Source of the DNA: an uncultured Alphaproteobacteria bacterium
GTDB lineage: Bacteria > Pseudomonadota > Alphaproteobacteria > Rhizobiales > Hyphomicrobiaceae
Direction of reading: 5' to 3'
Length of the DNA stretch: 64,000 nt
Assembly: GCA_963840415.1 (NCBI GenBank)
Contig: CAWIYX010000022.1
Span: forward strand, 95,199 to 159,198
Both the position numbers and the translations under genes were made by a program. Every line of letters begins with the position of its first letter. Within the stretch, counting starts at the first letter, position 1. Positions 61,762 to 64,000 of this stretch are shown one piece after another. The notes under the pieces were generated by a model. It saw only the letters and a list, made by a program, of their open reading frames with translations, was not told the origin of the DNA and searched no databases.

Positions 61762-61870
61762 GCGGTGCTGACTTGTCACCCTCGGGATTTCGAGGCGGTG
61801 GAGCGCGGTGGCCGAGCCACCCAGCCGTCCTCTCCCGGCCGACTTCCCCTAAAATGAGAGGCGAGACCTA

Positions 61871-62980
61871 ATGCCTTGGAGCAATCAGAGCGGCGGCGGC
61901 GGCTGGAAAGGCGGAGGCGGCGGCGGCCCGTGGGGCCAAGGTCCCGGCGGCGGCCAGCCGCCCGATCTCGAAGAGATGCTGAAGCGCAGCCAGGACCGCA
62001 TGAAGCAGGTGATGCGCGGGGGCGGCGTTCCCGGGCCGCTGATTTTCCTCGCGGTCGCCGTGGCGAGCGCCGTGGTGGTCTGGTACGCGTTCTTCTTCCG
62101 CGTCAACCCGGACGAGCTCGGCGTCGTCATGCGCTTCGGCGAATTCGTTCGCCAGGAGCCGCCGGGCCTGCATTTCCGCTGGCCGTACCCGATCGAGGAG
62201 GTCGTGCTGCCTCAGGTCACGCGCCAGAACATCATCGAGGTCGGCATGCGCTCGGGAACCTCCTCGCGCGGCTTCAGCTCGGGGGTCGCACAGGACGTCA
62301 AAGAGGAAAGCCTGATGCTGACCGGCGACGAGAACACCGTCGACATCGACTTCGTCGTCTACTGGCGCATCAGGGACGCCGAGCAATACCTGTTCAACAT
62401 CCAGAACCCCGACAACACCGTGAAGGAGGTCGCCGAGAGCGCGATGCGCGAGATCGTCGGCCAGTCGAACATTCAGCCGATCCTGACCGAAGCGCGCCAG
62501 AAAACGGAAACGGCCGTGCACGATCTCATGCAGAAGACGCTCGACTATTACAATGCCGGCATCCAGATCGACCAGGTGACGCTGCAGAAGGTCGACCCGC
62601 CGAGCGAGGTCATCGACGCCTTCCGCGACGTGCAGGCGGCGCGCGCCGACAAGGAGAAGCTGCAAAACGAGGCCTTCGCCTACTCCAACAAGGTCATTCC
62701 AGAAGCGAAAGGCGAGGCCGAGCGTATCCTCCAGGGCGCCGAAGGCTATAAGCAGCAGACGGTCGCCGAGGCCAACGGCCAGACCGCGCGCTTCCTCAAG
62801 GTCTACGACGAGTACAAGAAGGCGCCCGACGTCACGAGGAGGCGCATGTACCTCGAGACCATGGAGCGCGTCTTCGGCGGCTCCGACAAGATCATCCTCG
62901 ACAGCAAGTCCAGTCAGGGCGTCGTGCCCTACTTGCCCCTCGACCAGTTGCAGAAGAAGAAGACCGAGGGAGGCAACTAG
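61871..62980 (+). CDS. hflK: FtsH modulator HflK
   Basis: MPWSNQ..GPWG, SPFH domain, MLTGDEN, RMYLETME, VPYLPL. Confidence 0.96.
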   Translation: MPWSNQSGGGGWKGGGGGGPWGQGPGGGQPPDLEEMLKRSQDRMKQVMRGGGVPGPLIFLAVAVASAVVVWYAFFFRVNPDELGVVMRFGEFVRQEPPGLHFRWPYPIEEVVLPQVTRQNIIEVGMRSGTSSRGFSSGVAQDVKEESLMLTGDENTVDIDFVVYWRIRDAEQYLFNIQNPDNTVKEVAESAMREIVGQSNIQPILTEARQKTETAVHDLMQKTLDYYNAGIQIDQVTLQKVDPPSEVIDAFRDVQAARADKEKLQNEAFAYSNKVIPEAKGEAERILQGAEGYKQQTVAEANGQTARFLKVYDEYKKAPDVTRRRMYLETMERVFGGSDKIILDSKSSQGVVPYLPLDQLQKKKTEGGN

Positions 62981-62982
62981 AG

Positions 62983-63864
62983 ATGCGCGCGTTTCTCCTC
63001 ACCCTGCTCGTTCTCCTCGCAATCGCCGGCTCGGTGCTCTACGCGTCCGCCTTCATCGTCCATCAGAACGAGCAGGCGCTCGTGCTCGAGTTCGGCAAGC
63101 CCAAGCGCGTCGTCAAGGTGCCGGGCCTCAACTGGAAGCTGCCGCTCGTCGAGACGGTCGACATCTTCGACAAGCGCATTCTCGACCTCGATACGGCGAC
63201 CCAGGAGGTCACGGCTTCCGATCAGAAGCGGCTCCTCGTCGATGCCTTCGCCCGCTACCGCATCGTCGATCCCTTGAAGTTCTATCAGACGCTGCGCTAC
63301 GAGGGGGCCGTGCGCTCGCGTCTCGGCCCCATCATCGAGTCGGCGTTGCGCCGGGTGCTCGGCGGCGCCCAGTTTCAGGAGGTCGTTCGCGAGCGGCGCG
63401 AGGAGCTCATGAAGCGCATTGCGGCGATCGTCAACGAGGAAGGCAAGGAGTTCGGCCTCGAGGTCGTCGACGTGCGCATCAAGCGCGCCGACTTGCCGGA
63501 GCAGAACCTGAAGAGCGTGTTCGACCGCATGCGCGCCGAGCGCCAGCGCGAGGCCGCCGAGTTCCGCGCCCAGGGCACGGGCGAGGCCAATCGCATCCGC
63601 GCCACCGCCGACCGCGAGGTGACGGTGATAAAGGCCGAGGCGACGCGCAAGGGCGAGACGCTGCGCGGCGAAGGCGACGCGGAGAGAAACAGGATCTTCG
63701 CCGACGCCTTCGGGCGCGACCCGGACTTCTTCGGCTTCTATCGCTCGATGCAGGCCTACGAGCAGGGCCTCAAGCCGGACGACACCCGCCTCGTCATCTC
63801 GCCCAATACAGAATTCTTCAAGTATTTCAACGATCCGGTCGGAGCGGCGCCTCCCAAGCCATGA
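62983..63864 (+). CDS. hflC: FtsH modulator HflC
   Basis: DKRILDLD, VVDVRIKRADLP, RMRAER, FYRSMQAY. Confidence 0.96.
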   Translation: MRAFLLTLLVLLAIAGSVLYASAFIVHQNEQALVLEFGKPKRVVKVPGLNWKLPLVETVDIFDKRILDLDTATQEVTASDQKRLLVDAFARYRIVDPLKFYQTLRYEGAVRSRLGPIIESALRRVLGGAQFQEVVRERREELMKRIAAIVNEEGKEFGLEVVDVRIKRADLPEQNLKSVFDRMRAERQREAAEFRAQGTGEANRIRATADREVTVIKAEATRKGETLRGEGDAERNRIFADAFGRDPDFFGFYRSMQAYEQGLKPDDTRLVISPNTEFFKYFNDPVGAAPPKP

Positions 63865-64000
63865 GCGATCTCGCCGTGGGTCTCGGCCTCGTGCTCGTTT
63901 TCGAGGGCCTTCTTTGGGCGCTTGCGCCGCAACTCGGCCGCCGGCTTCTCGAGGCGGCCTCGGAAACGCCGGAGGCGCAACTTAGAATTGCCGGCTGGGT
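63861..64000 (+). CDS. DUF2065-family small membrane protein (3' end outside the window)
   Basis: MSDLAVGLGLVLVFEGLLWALAP...LRIAG; usual position after hflC. Confidence 0.85.
   Translation, partial: MSDLAVGLGLVLVFEGLLWALAPQLGRRLLEAASETPEAQLRIAGW

Overview
High-GC alphaproteobacterial chromosomal segment, most consistent with Hyphomicrobiales/Hyphomicrobiaceae (two-piece tmRNA, alpha-type SspB, long-linker FtsZ, hflK with the MPWSNQ start). Left end: dcw/envelope cluster (ftsW end, murG, murC, murB, ddl, ftsQ, ftsA, ftsZ, lpxC, bamD, ligA; recN absent). Middle: an orphan soluble chemoreceptor, FecR and VOC-fusion genes, pepP, prmA, and a cluster of a TMEM143-like protein, a beta-solenoid/channel-like protein, a transmembrane J-domain protein and a bactofilin. 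These are followed by pcm, uvrD, an asmA-like gene, a ccdAB module inserted in the fumC-DUF4169 locus, many small secreted/hypothetical proteins, a sugar-modification cassette, aidB, a second EF-G, cytochrome c'/b and aspC. Right end: sspB, ssrA, thyA, folA, hflK, hflC. Four conserved genes carry five single-base frameshifts that are probably long-read errors; two can be read as an A duplicated in a GANTC site. No CRISPR array, rRNA, tRNA, integrase or transposase was seen. Best candidates for undescribed biology: (i) a His-less sortase-like membrane protein (54812-55342) next to a small protein with a tripartite sorting-signal-like C-terminus and cell-cycle-type promoter motifs; (ii) the TMEM143/beta-solenoid channel/periplasm-facing J-protein/bactofilin neighbourhood (20.7-27.0 kb). 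All calls were made by eye, without database searches.
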